Assembly (NCBI GenBank): GCA_000165425.1
Contig: CT868307.1
Coordinates: 372,001-436,000, forward strand
DNA length: 64,000 bases
Direction: 5' to 3'
DNA from: Paramecium tetraurelia
Taxonomy: Eukaryota
Below are positions 1-15,080 of this stretch, piece by piece. Every line of letters starts with the position of its first letter. Position 1 is the stretch's first letter. Below the pieces are notes generated by a model that saw only the letters and a program-made list of their open reading frames with translations, had not been told where the DNA came from and did no database searches. Position numbers and translations under genes: made by a program.

Positions 1-3000
1 CTGCTGTTGAGGCATTCATCATACCAATCATATTCAAAATTGCATAAAACATCACAGCATTTTAAGCCACAATGTAATTATCTATTGGTGCTACGATATT
101 TGATTTTATTTGAACCATATCTAGTTCTTATAAGAACCGATTCAAATCATCAGATGAAAAAATTATCTAAACAATAGAGAAAACAGTAAATAACGCAAAC
201 AGTACTGTTAAAAATGTTCTAGCTAAAAAATAATTTTTTGAAAATTTCTCAGAAGTAATCAATTTCTAAATCAAATCATATTTTTTAGAATATTTTGATT
301 TTTTAAAAGCTGCAACTGAACTTACTTAGGATCCAATATCATCAATTTATACAATATTCTAATCCTATTCTTCCAATTACATTTGCATTTTTATATTCTC
401 TTGCAACTCTTGATCAATATCTTCTATTTATAACTTATCTATCTAATTTTTATTTTCTATTTCATTTTCATTTTCAACTTCTTCCATACTTTCTTCATCT
501 GCATTTGATGATACATCCTTTTAATCTACAGCCGAAAAAAATTGTTGCTTTGCATCATGATACCTTTTATTATTGTCATATAGCCCCCCTTCAATAGATT
601 TTGCATCTATTAATTTTTCCCCAGCATCTTTAGGACTTACCAAAGACACATTTGGATAAAATGACTAACTTTAATTCTTTGAATTTGATAAGATTTTTCT
701 GCCAAATTAACCATCACTTTCTGATTAATCCTGATAAAGATTCATAATTTAATTTTGATTTTCTTATTAATCAAACTCCAAAGCTCTTGGGATGTTAGCT
801 TAAAATTCATCCTATTCTAAAAATTCTAAATCTTCAAAACCATCATCCTAAAATTAAGTTAAAGATGCTCCAGGAGTGGGAGTAATGACTTCTGTTTGAA
901 ATGGTGTACTACAGGTTTTCTGATATCTTTTTGCCTCTCTTATCTCTACAATTACATAATTACATAATGTATCTTGTTTTAATTTTCTATTGTGAAATAT
1001 TGCTTCTACAACATATTACTAACTATTTGATTCAGTGTCCCAAGTTTATTTGGAATTCTTAAGTAAACAATCGACCTCTGGCAAAATCATATGAACTTAA
1101 TATTCGCTCTAATCCATTAGTTCCTATTCAAATTCATCATTATCTTAAGAAATTTTAGAGCCATTCATTTCCATAATCATTTACAATTTAGGAAAAATTT
1201 TTGATAAAGGTTATTTATAGAGTGAATCCATTAATTAAGTAATTAACTTAGCTGGATAGCCAATTTTATTGGCAAAGTTTTTGCTTACACTCTAAATTCT
1301 GTTATTATTGCAACAAAATATAAATGCATTTGAACTATCTTTATTTTAGAAAAAACAAGCAAATGTTAAATCCTATAGATTACTTACATTGATATCAAAG
1401 AAAAAGTCAATAGCTTTGATAAATTTCTTTTGATATCTGCAGTAATTCTAATTTATTAAGCGAAAGAATTTTGAGTAACCTTAGGATAGAAACTGCTATA
1501 CAAATTTTGAATGAATTTAATCAAAATTATTAGGAAGAAGGTGATCTATGGTTTTGAGTTATTTAAATTTCTCCTAATTATATCCAAAAAATTCATGTAT
1601 TTGATTAGAATACTGTCGAATTTATAGTTTATGTGATTTTTCATCAAATCCCACAATTATATAGTCTAATTTACTTGAGAACATATCAAAATTAATTTAC
1701 GATTACATTTTAAATAGTTTTTCATCAGATATAGAAGTTATGGTTGCTAATTTATATGCTTAAAAATAATTGTTCATTACTTCTGACTAATAAAAAGTAT
1801 TGAGTGCTTGCATTTTTCTACCTATGAATTAATATAAATATATATACTTGGGAACTAGAAATAGAGTTTTAGTAGTTCATCTTCAAGATAAGTTAATTTT
1901 GTAATCATCTATTTGGCTGCATTAAACAAATTAAAATTAGAATTTAGCAAAGTTAAGTTAACAAAGAAATCCTTTTTTTTATTAATCATTTTTATAATCT
2001 TATTCTTCAATTGTTTATTGCTCTCCTCTGATTTTAAAAAGAGTTTAACAGCGTGATCGAGATTATCAGATAATATCTAATTGCTCTATTTACCTAATCC
2101 AGTACTCATAGTCTTCTTAATTAATTCTTAAATCAAGACCAGTCTCTATTTATTTATAAATCCCATATTCTAGATCTTAATGTGAATCATTTCATCTGAT
2201 TTGCTATCAACTTTTGATCTCTAAACAGAACTGTGCTATTGGTCCAAACTATTGCTGGATTCAGCTTTCTAACTTTCAGCTTTAGCAATCAAGACTTTGC
2301 TGAATTATGAAGAACTATAATATATTCAGTTTATAATTACAAGTTTTCACTCTCTTAATACACTACAAGATTTGATTATTAAAATGCTCGTGTACTCAAT
2401 CCTAAATAATGAATCAATGATAGATAATGCAAAAAGTATAATTATTTATTTGATTATTTTTTAAGCTTATTAATTGTTAAATTAAAATAGTTAACTTAAT
2501 CTTTTAAATATAGATTTATAATTTACTCAAAAGTTAATAATTGTTGAGTACACAAACATTTTGGTGTTGAACAATGCTATAAGTGAGTTTGTTAGAAATA
2601 GATAATTTGTGTAATTTTCTGATTATCATGCAAATAAGAATGTTTGATTTCTCCAAATTCATCAATTATTGAAGCAATTTTGTACAACATTAAGTAACTA
2701 GCCATCATTTGATTTTTATTTAATATTATTCTATAATGAAGATTGTTATAGAGAATTATGGGAACTGAAGTTGCAAGTGGAATAATTATTAGAATTAAAA
2801 TAGTTTCATAATCCTTATATTGAGATTTAAATTATGATAATTGAATGAGCATCAATATTAGAGACATTGAAAATTAAAAGCATTCTGAGAATAATTCAAT
2901 GATACATCGCCTATAAATGTTTTAAAATGTTGTATAAATGCTGTAAATGTTAAATGATGATTTAATTAATAAAATTGTAACGGTTAAGTAGAATTTTAGT

Positions 3001-3734
3001 TGTTTATCATTACTTTCAAACCGATTTATGCAAACAATCAAAATTAAGTAGATTGGATTTAAATAATGATTAAAAGATTGCGATAATATATTTAGATTCT
3101 TGACTTTTATGTGAGTGGACTATTGGATGCAAAATAGGTAAAAAAGCATATTCAATATGATCATAATAAAACAGATAACAGCCATCGGTAAAGCAAAAAG
3201 ATTTAAATATTACTTTTATGAATAATAATAAATAGATGATGTGGCAAATTCTAATTAAGGGATAAAAATTAAATAGTATAACAATCCTTGTTAATATGAA
3301 TAGATTTTTAGTATTAATTAAAATAATCTATTTTATTCTAAAAGAATCTCTGACATTCTCTTTTATTTTTTACATTTTACAAAGCATATGAATATATAGA
3401 ATATCATGACTTCATATGAAATTAAAAGCACTAAAGGGATAATAAATGAAAAAACACCAAAGCTTTTAAACAGTTTTACATAAGGCCTTGTAAAGGATGA
3501 AATTTCCAAAAAGAAATTCTTAAATCCATTATGCTAGATATTTTGAAAGTAGTAATTCTCAAAAGCAAAACTTAATTGTTAAAATGATGAAAGTATTATG
3601 AAAACATATTGCAGAGCTTTATTGATGTGAACCATCTCATCATCCATATATATCTTTAATTATATAACAAAAGAAACGTATAGGGTTTTGTAATTCACTT
3701 TCTCTTTCTCTGATTATTTTTTCTTCACTTACAT
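1..3734 (-). CDS. Large multi-pass membrane protein of TmcB/TmcC-like PAS-sensor type (3' end beyond the left edge)
   Basis: Ciliate-code reading starts MQVKKKQSEKEKVNYKTLYVSF... It has an N-terminal multi-TM block, a PAS-like segment (IDHLLPNNFDQIHSKFVQQF) and later TM segments. It is strongly paralogous to the gene at 28635-33924. Confidence 0.75.
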
Positions 3735-4034
3735 TCTGCTTTATTTATGAAATAATGAATTAATTTCTAAATATATGATAAAAATGAAAAACTTAATAAA
3801 ATTCAAATGACAAATTTCATATTTTACCCGTTCAGAAATATCATTTTGTTGCCAGAATCAACAAAGAAACACAAGTTCCAATGAAAAGGAAAAAAATCAG
3901 ATTAATTTGTTAAAATAACAATATCTTGTAATTTTATTTCTGAAAAACTAAACTCTCATTTTAACTGAATCTTTTTTTCTTCTCTGCTATTAATTAGATG
4001 ATAATTTGCAATAAATAATCAATTTAATATTTTT

Positions 4035-5370
4035 ATGTATTAATAATAAAGAAATGAAATAACACCACAAACAAAGGGTACACATATTAAAAATTTCTAG
4101 GGATATCCAATTGATGAGCCTGTTTTATAAGCTGTGATGAGTGTGGCTTAAATATAAAACCAATATCCAAAAATGTCTGATTTCAATAAAGCAATAAATC
4201 TTAATTCAATTTCTAAAAATGCAATATTTTTGATACTAAGAAGTGCAAGCTTAGATAATATACATAAAGGCATGAAATATGGAGTGTGGACTAGGTAATG
4301 TATGCTCCTAAATCTAATAGCACTCCAAAATCTAATGCTAGGATTGATGAGCTGTTTAAGGAATCAGAAGAAGTTTATTTAATATATTCAGTTGTAGGCA
4401 CTAAGGCCTTTTAAGCATGCGCAAAATTACTTGGTCCTTTTGACCCAACAGCTACATTTCTTTATTGGGATGAACCATTGAAATGGTTTGGCTCATTTTA
4501 AATTAAATGCGTAATACCAACATCTTAATTTAGTTATTCTTGAATGAGTTGAAGTAGAAGACACTTGATGAAAAATAACCAGCTCATCTAGGTTCAATAG
4601 TTTTAACAGAACAAACCGATTGTACTGAAATTACACATGGATTGGGAATATTTGTACTTTAATGTTTTAAGGATTAACAAGAGGATGAAACAAACGTTAA
4701 TGTCTTGCTCCAATAATTTCAAAATATGGATAGGAGAGAAGTACGAATTCATATTTAAATAAGGATTAAATCAAATAACAAAGAGATCTTGACTAAAATT
4801 TCTTAACCCAACAATCTCATGAGTAACAGTTATTTGAAAAATCTCCTTTTGAATACAAAAACTATCATAAGAGATAGAACTAGTAGAGATGGCAAAACAA
4901 ATAGGCGGATCAAATGATGTACATGCGAGGTATTTTAAATATTATATTTAATTTTAGCTTATTATTCTGCCAATCAATAGTATGGAGGTTAATAGTATTA
5001 AGGCCAAAACCAATAAATGTACAATTAATATAGGTATTATATATTTTAATATTAAAGAAATGATAATAAACAATAATATAATAATTATGATTATCAATTC
5101 TATTATCCTTAATAGTAATACTAATAAAATAATGGCTAATTTAAATATGGATATGATTAATAGTAATATAACTAAAATCCTAATTATTAAAGATAACCAT
5201 AAAAATATTAAAAGAAATATTATAATAATAATTACCAATAAAATAATTTCTAATAAGGCAATTACCAATAAAATAATTATTAGTAAAATCCTAATTATTC
5301 TGGCAATAACCAAAAATATTAAAAATAAAATGATGAATAGTCTGTAAATAACTAAGACAAATAGTTATGA
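4035..5370 (+). CDS. YTH-domain (m6A reader-like) protein with Q/N/Y-rich C-terminal tail
   Basis: Spliced translation gives FLILRSASLDNIHKGMKYGVWTSTPKSNARIDELFKESEEVYLIYSVVGTKAFQACAKL...LYWDEPLKWFGSFQIK, the YTH signature. There are 5-6 short GT..AG introns and TGA at 5368-5370. Confidence 0.9.
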
Positions 5371-5523
5371 GTTATGAATATTATTTTCATTAAGAATAAA
5401 TGTACATTCATTTAAATTCATTAAATTAAGCTATGAATTGTTTTATCAATATTTTGGATATGGTTAAACAAGTATAAAATTAATTGCCTTGTAATATTAA
5501 ATTTAATGATTATATGAAAATAT

Positions 5524-7016
5524 TCATTTTTTTTTCTTTAGACTTTCCAAAGCCATCTCTCTTAGTGCTTTTTAGGTTAATAGTTTATTATATTGTTGCT
5601 ATTATGATTCTTATTTTAACAATTCGTCATCATTAAATTATTTATTGGATCCTTTAAACTCTTTTAGTGGAATTTCATCTAAAAGTAAAGTACTTTGAGC
5701 AATGCTTTAGTTTAATCCAATTTTTTCTCTAAAATATGAATGCAAAATTTGTACTTAGCAACAGCAAGATCAATGAATCTTTCAAGATCCTATAAGTATT
5801 TTTCTAAAGAACTTTCGTTGAGATTAAAAGATAATTTATAATCTAAATGTGCAGTTGGATCAGATGCCTTAATGAGATAAAAATATGAATTACCAATTAT
5901 GTCTGAGATAATTCAATTAAAGCATCTTTTAGAGTAGGTGCAATTTCCTCCATTTATTTTCTGAGAGTATTAATTTCTTCCTATCTTTTCTTAATGATCA
6001 AATCATTTTTTTTTCTGTGTCTTTCAGCCTATGGTGTTGCCATAAGCAATCTCTTTTTGCTTTCATTTTCTACTCTTTGAGAATCTATTTTTTTTTTTAA
6101 ATCTTGATTTTAATCTTGCAATTGATCAATTTATTATGATAGGATATCTACGTAATTATAAAGAGAATAGTTCTATTCTTCACTTTTTATAAATGTGTTC
6201 ATGATTTCCTCTATGTCTTAAATACCTGAGGCTTCTTTTATTTGATTGAATGCGTCTTCAATGACCTTCATATTCTTCCAATATGTATCAATCAATTTAA
6301 CTTTTTCCTTATTATTAGAAATCAACTTTTTTAATCGAAGCTTCAAAGTAGAAGCAGTGTCGATATTGGCTGCCTTCTCTTTTCTTTATCCCAAGTTATC
6401 TAAATCATGCTTTTTCTTCTCTTCCATAACTTCCTTTTTCAATCGGTCGAATTACTCCACATATTTTTCTTTTTCTTAATCATTTTTTTTCTTCATTTCA
6501 GCTATAGTTTCCTTCTTTTTCTAGGCTTATTGTTCGTTTGAATTTCGATATACTTCATTTGCGGCAGTTTCATTTTCTATATTCAATAATTCGTCTTAAA
6601 GATCTTGATGAATATTTATGTATTAATGTCTTTCCTTTCTCAACATATTGATCTACTTTTTCAACTCTAAATTATTGGTTTACGATTCGTTGTATTTAAG
6701 TATTGATTATTCTAAAGCATTTTATAAATTTTTTATTTTATTTAATTATTGCTTAGCAGCTGGCAAAGTTTAATCATGTTATATCTAGAATTATTTAGAA
6801 TGAGAATACTTTTTTTATTTATTCCTTTTTTTGTTACCATTCCTTTTTGGTTGACACCCAAGTTTCCTCAATATTGTAATGATGTTTTTTATCTTGCTCT
6901 ACTTTTCTAATGTAGTTCTCACTCTCCCTCTATAACGAAAGTACTTGTGATTCGTGGAGAATGCTTTAAGTTTAAGAAACGTTAGAATTAGGAGCTGAAT
7001 TATATCCAAAAAACAT
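5524..7016 (-). CDS. Coiled-coil protein, ODAD1/CCDC114/CCDC63-like (outer dynein arm docking complex)
   Basis: Contains KYNESQTNNLELKKQINMLRKER and EDAFNQIKEASGIQDIEEIMNTFIKSEEQNYSLYNYV, typical of this family. One short intron lies near 6785-6810. Ends ESLKKKK-TGA. Confidence 0.8.
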
Positions 7017-7065
7017 TTAATAAATAAATATTAATTATATAAACTAAACCATAGCACTACAATAA

Positions 7066-7672
7066 TGAAAAATTAATATCAAATACATAAAAGGACATAT
7101 TTAGTAATAGAATATTAAAAGGAAATCATATAAGGGAAGGTTCTTGACTTTCATTTATAACATTCAGAATTTGATGCTTTTTTCTGCCATATTGATGTGT
7201 TTGACTTATATTATGATAACCATACCTATTTTATTTTGAAGAAAAGGAACTAAGAGCACAGTAATTCTTGGTTTTTATGAAGTTCTTTCAATACAATGAA
7301 ATATACTCAAAAAATTTCTAAAGTCTTTATTTTTTCTCTCCACCTTGGTAGAGATCATTTGATTAATAATGAGTTCATATAAAAAATGATCTTTAGGAGG
7401 TTAATGTATATAAATAGAAAAATTATGAGCTTTTAATGGTACTTAAATCAATTTGGAATCAAATGAAAGAGTGTTTGAATGAGTCTTTAACTAAATTCTA
7501 AGGTTTTGTATAATCGTTTACAAAAGAAATTAACTAAGGTGAGAAGTTGCTCAAAAGCATTTTAAGGGTCTCTTTCAATATAGTTACTAACCAGATAACA
7601 AAACTTTAGAATTTTGTTGTAATAATAATCAAGATATTAAAATTGTCAACAGAATTTTAGGGAAAAAATTGA
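7066..7672 (+). other. Possible small hypothetical gene or gene remnant
   Basis: There are two open stretches in different frames (about 7066-7280 and 7390-7672) that I could not join with a clean intron. Confidence 0.25.
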
Positions 7673-7698
7673 TCATTATTTTATATTTGTATTGCTTA

Positions 7699-9643
<1,945 letters not shown>

Positions 9644-10292
9644 AATAAATATTAATTAATATTTTCAAAATTCATAATTAGAACACTAGGCTCATATTTA
9701 TTTCTACCTCCCTATTAATCAATTTATCCTAAATAACAAATTTTATTTTTAAACTCACATTCTCTTAAGAATTTAATACTCCAAGTTTGAATACACTTTT
9801 TATTAGTCATTCTCTCCTTTTTTTAAAAATTGATTCTATCAAAGATAGTATTTGAAAAAATCGTTATTAAGTCAAATATTTTTAAATTGATCTGTTATAC
9901 AAATATATTATTATTATATATCTAATAATTATAATAAACTCCATTCCTCTTATAAAGATTCAAATTTTATTTTCTATTCAACATTTAATAACGTTAGGAT
10001 AAGAGTTCCTTCTTAAAATCATTAAAACTTTAAGGATTCTTAAGATTCTTTTAAAAATCACTAGGATTACTTAATTAGACCATTTAGATTAACAATTCAA
10101 TAATATATATCCACTCAAATATATAGTAATAGAATTTTTGTCATATAGATTCTTACGAATACTCAAGACAAATTTTCACAATTTCGCAATTCTTAGTTCT
10201 TAAAATATAATATTCTCAAATCTAGTAAGTTTATTTGCTTTAATAAATTATTATAAAATAGAATCATAAAATATTTAATATAAAAAGAATTG

Positions 10293-10300
10293 AAAAAAAA
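10293..10300 (-). terminator. RNA polymerase III oligo-T terminator of the tRNA
   Basis: A run of 8 T on the minus strand sits directly at the tRNA 3' end. Confidence 0.8.
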
Positions 10301-10371
10301 GGACCTACTTGGATTCGAACCAAGGTCTTGAGGGTTAAAGCCTCAGGTACTAACCACTATACGATAGATCC
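10300..10371 (-). tRNA. trnQ-UUA: tRNA-Gln with anticodon UUA (decodes UAA, probably also UAG)
   Basis: Reverse complement GGATCTA TC GTAT AGTGGTTA GTAC C TGAGG CT-TTA-AC CCTCA AGAC CTTGG TTCGAAT CCAAG TAGGTCC T forms a full cloverleaf with A and B boxes and discriminator U. Confidence 0.93.
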
Positions 10372-10560
10372 TATAGCTATTCATTAAATTTCGGAATACT
10401 ATATGAAACTCTTGATTTATTATATATAAATAATCTTGCAAAATTTATTTTTAGAAGATTGATAATAAAAACTATTCTCAATTATTTTATCTAAAAAAAG
10501 TTTAAATGCTTCTATTATCGAAATTTAGTAATATGCTAAAAGAAATATTATAATTCATTA

Positions 10561-11202
10561 TCATTTAAGTCTTAACAGCCACTATCCTCTTTCCTTACTT
10601 CTAACATATTACCAATGTCCTTTGATAGATTGGTTTTATTCATCAAATTATCCTTCATAAATCAATTCATCACCCTTCTGTAGCTTAGCATTTGCATAAA
10701 TTTTTTTAAAGGATGTTTCAATTTGACTGTTTTTATTAATGTTTATAACTCCAGACTTAGTCCATGATCCATAACAATCTGAACCGTACATTTCGAAATT
10801 CAAAATGTTTTCATTTTATTACACTGAAACCTTCTCTATTTGTAATTGGATCCACTCATCGTTAAAGGTGAAGGACATTTCCAAATTTCCTTCTTGCAAT
10901 TTTTAGGCAAGGCTATTGATTTTTTAATTCAATTCATCTAAATTATTCTTATTACGATTTATAGCAGCAGAGTCTTCCGTCCAAGATTAATATAAATTTG
11001 GAAGTGCAAGAGCGAGCACTCCGATAATCAGAAAGATTGTAAATTCTTAAAAACCTCGTCCATCATCATTTGAATTATGATTATTGTGTCCTTCATCATA
11101 GAAGCTTGATTCAGATGAATGGTAATGATCTCCGCTAGTTTATCTCTCATTTGGTTAGCATTGAATTATTAAATATAGCAAATTCAAGATTAAAATTTTC
11201 AT
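10561..11202 (-). CDS. Hypothetical single-pass membrane protein with signal peptide
   Basis: Intronless 213-aa ORF. Signal-like start MKILILNLLYLIIQC, TM segment FTIFLIIGVLALAL, and a C-terminal beta-rich domain (YGSDCYGSW...IKGHWQY). Confidence 0.8.
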
Positions 11203-11709
11203 TGAAAAAATAATGAAAATTTTTTATTAGTAAAAATTTAAGAGTTCAATTTCTGAATATTTGTTAATCTATTATTTAATGATTATAGAAAAGTAAAATC
11301 TAAAATTTATAATATTAACAATTGTTATGTTAATCATCCTAATATGATAATTGGCTGAAGCGGACTCATAAATAAAGAGGATATATATATAACAATGTCT
11401 AAAGTATATACATTGCAAAAAGATACGGCAAAAAGTTCTTCATAAGGGAACAGTAACAGATTAAAGAAAAGTAATGATCTAAGAAAGAGTAAGATACGAT
11501 TAATATAAACCATTTGTTTGTAATCCTTTTCAAAGAAAAATGAATAAGTTTACTTATTTTTTGGTGGAATTATAATTATCGATAGTAATGAATATATTTG
11601 AATTCATAGACGATGTAGAATAATAAATTTCCAAAAGAGATCACTTGCTTTTTGAATAAATTTCCTAAAGACTGATTTAAATTTAGCATTTTATATATTT
11701 ACTATAGAA

Positions 11710-12327
11710 TCATTCTGTTTAATAGGTTGTTGAAGAATTGAAGATAAATTTTTGAGATTATATTGATTTTGAAGGAGATTGAGATTCTCCTTTAAGCTTC
11801 TAGGGCAGTGATTGAAATTTTAATCTATCCATAAATTAAACGGTATGCTCACTTTTAATATTTCTTTAACTTATAATTTATTTAGGGCTTTCAATCTAAT
11901 TCTGTATTTTTTCAATTAACAGTTCCCTGCGAGATTATCCTCCTTTGGCATTTAAAATAATATCTGCTATGTTTAATTTAGTTTATAAAATGGTATCATG
12001 AATTTTTAAGTCATTTTTTTGCCATTTCAATCCTAAATAAAGAAAGATATAATTACGATTTGGCTTTAAGTACTTTGCCATTCCTCTCTAAGTCAAATAG
12101 CCTGATTCTATGATCTGTTTTCTTTTGAGGTATTCTCTCTCTTCATTTAAGATGTACTTCTTCATCTCACATCTTTGAAAGGAGAGAAGGGGAATAGGAA
12201 CAAATTATGCAATAGACCTTCCAGTGGCAGGAGTATTTGTTGACTGTGGACTTGCGAACATATTTGATGTGCTGGCTGATTTGATATGAAATTTAAACGA
12301 TTTTTTCCTTGGACCCATATCCATCAT
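11710..12327 (-). CDS. Hypothetical protein
   Basis: Reads MMDMGPRKKSFKFHIKSASTSNMFASPQS... with a probable 24-nt intron at 12033-12056. The 3' end is less certain. Confidence 0.6.
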
Positions 12328-12363
12328 ATTGAATAATAATTATATTATTATTTGATTCTTGTA

Positions 12364-13264
12364 ATGAAATCTAATAAATTTAGTTAGGGTTGTGGTCCCA
12401 AAGAGGAAAAATAGAGATGTAAATAGTAATGCTTTAACTCTAGCTCGAAGTTTGTATGCATCATAATATTTCAATTTCGCTGAAGTACCAAAACAAAGGG
12501 CATCTCAAGCATCCATTGTAAAAACAGAAGGCAAGGAGATTTAAAGAAGATTACTCTTCTACCATAAAACAGTGCTCGTTGATAATGTGATTAGGAATTC
12601 AAATAAATAGCAAAAAAATAAAAACTTCAAGGAAAAAATGTTTGAGATCAATGATTCTCGACAAAGAAGGTTGAGCTGTTCCTGCAATGAGTGTGGCAAA
12701 AGATCAACGAAGATGAACAAATTCCATAATGTATATTAAAAGTAAGAACAAACCTCCAAAGACTTTTGGTCGAGCTTAATTATATAGTAGCAATAGTAAT
12801 CATAATTAACTATTTCAACAAAATCATTAAAGTCCACAACCACGCTCCTCTCAATCCCAGACATTAGTCCTAAAAAACAACAGTAGAAAATAGAGAGTCC
12901 AATGTCAAAGAAATATAAGCAAAACTAAAAATTAGCCTCTCCTCCTCTCATAAATTTGAAACCATATCTTTATGAATCACCTCAGAAAAAATTCACTAAT
13001 CTCCAAACCGAATAAACCCAATTGATTCTTAAGCCAGTTTTTCTGAGATCCTCAGTTCCGAACTTAGAAACCTTTGAGTATTCTTCCAAACAAAGTAGTC
13101 CAAGAAGAGGCAAATCTAATTAAAATTAAAAATTGGAGTAATAGGTGTAAACTGCTAGAAATTTAACTAAAAGGATGCTTCAAATTTGCTATTTGAAACC
13201 ATTCTCGGGAATCTCAAATCGAAATACATGTATGAATACATAAAGAAAAGAACAAAAATATTGA
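12364..13264 (+). CDS. Hypothetical basic, Ser/Pro-rich protein with an LSCSCNECGK motif
   Basis: Ciliate-code reading starts MKSNKFSQGCGPKEEN... and a TGA lies near 13262. Internal splicing was not fully resolved. Confidence 0.65.
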
Positions 13265-13796
13265 AATTAAATTTATATATTTTGATTATAATGCTTGTTA
13301 TATGATTTATCTCATTTTTATCCCTATTTCTATTCAACAATAAAAATCTATTTATTAGAATTTATAAATAAATAGGCTATAAGTTTAAATAAAGAGCAAT
13401 ACATCTTTAAGAAGGAGACATTGACTTAAATTATGAATTAAAAAATAATATGAAATAACTTTTATTGACTGGATTGCAATTAATTAGGTCTTTTGGGCAA
13501 ATAAAATTAAGAATGAGATAAGTTATATATATTTATGAAAAATTATTCAACTAATTTTATTTTTTATATCAATTATTTTCATAATTTGATGTCAAATATA
13601 ATTATTAGATTTTAGGACTAGCTAGAATCAGATTAGAACTATTGCTAAAGTCTTTAAACCTGTTTAATTTAAGTCTAACTTTGAAAGAGTTAGTGATTCT
13701 GAAAACCAAAACAAAAGAAACCTATTAATTACTTTTTAGAATCTCAGATAAACTATTAATATTTGAAATTTAAAATAAATAATTTTATTTATATTT

Positions 13797-15080
13797 TCAA
13801 TTCATTAGATCTTCAACTTCATCAACTAAGTCTTACATATCTATTACTATCTTATTAATTATTGACTCTAATTTCATTAGGTCATTTGAAAGCTTATTAT
13901 CTTCAAGCTTACAAATTAATGTTAAATACTGTTTATACATGTTTTCAAATTCCTTTCTCATTTATATCAGTTTATTCTGAATTGAAAATCTAATTTATTT
14001 TAATTTTTATTAAGTGATAGATTGTGAATTATCAACTTACTATTTTGATTACATTTAAGTGATTTCACTTATTGCTACATCTCTTTTCCCTTTCAATACT
14101 TTAATCAAATCATTTAATTATTGCTATTATTACTTTTCACTTAAAATTTAGTCATTAAGTGCCTTGATTTCTTCTCCTTTTTTTATAAGAACTTTCTTTA
14201 AATCTTAGATTTCCTCTTTTTATTTTGTGTTTTCTAATTATATTTACAGTTCAATATTTCTTTAAGCATCGAATTATTGTAATTAGTTGATTAGTTTATT
14301 GTTTTCCTTAATGAGCATATTGATTTGTTATTACTTCGATTCAATCTCCTATCTACTTTTTGATTATTAATCTGCTAATTGTTGTAATACCATATTAAAG
14401 TTTCTATTAATTTATCTATTTTCTTAACTCTGCTTATCAATTTCTTAGGCTTACAAGTTTATTTTATGGAGTTAATCCTTGTTCAATTATATATATTCTT
14501 GGATTTCTTTTTGCAAAGCATCTATTCTTTATTTATATTGTTCATCATTACTTTTATCTAGATCAATAAATGCAGCATTAATTTCTTACAACTCTTTATC
14601 ATCTATCTAATTATTATTCCAATTTATTTAAGCTTAAACAGTTTATAATTCCTTTTTTGATTATTCTAATTCGCATTCAATGACTTCCTTCTTTCTTAAC
14701 TCATTATCAGCATCAGCTTACATTTCAATCATGGCTTATTCTAATTCCTTACAATGGCTTTCCTTTTCTGCCAATTCTTAAGCCATTCTCTTTCTTTCCT
14801 TTTCAAGCATTTCAAATTTGTTAAACATGGGCAAAAATTATTAGCAAACGTCATCGTAACCTCTTTAAAGTCTATTGATATAATCTTCCATTTAATGCAG
14901 AATATTAGACAAATCTTCAATTGAGTATTACCACAAATTATCTTTCGGGATTGAATAATTTTTAAAAGCCAATTACTCAAAAGTAGGAAAGGATTCAATT
15001 TATTACTGCTTATGTTGCTATTCTTTAGTCATCACTTTTTGAGCTGTTAATTTGGCATTTTCAATTAAATTTTTTATCAT
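13797..15080 (-). CDS. Hypothetical coiled-coil protein
   Basis: Runs from MIKNLIENAKLTAQKVMTKE to ...LVDEVEDLMN-TGA, rich in Q/E/K heptads. Confidence 0.8.

Noticed and set aside
4954..5347. Overlapping Ile/Leu-rich (minus) and Ile/Asn-rich (plus) ORFs in the track, resembling a membrane protein or antisense pair
   Set aside because: They are off-frame shadows of the TAA/AAT-rich tail of the YTH gene.
11340..11700. Possible extra gene between the membrane-protein gene and the 11710-12327 gene
   Set aside because: I could not build a convincing start-to-stop model or find a motif on either strand.
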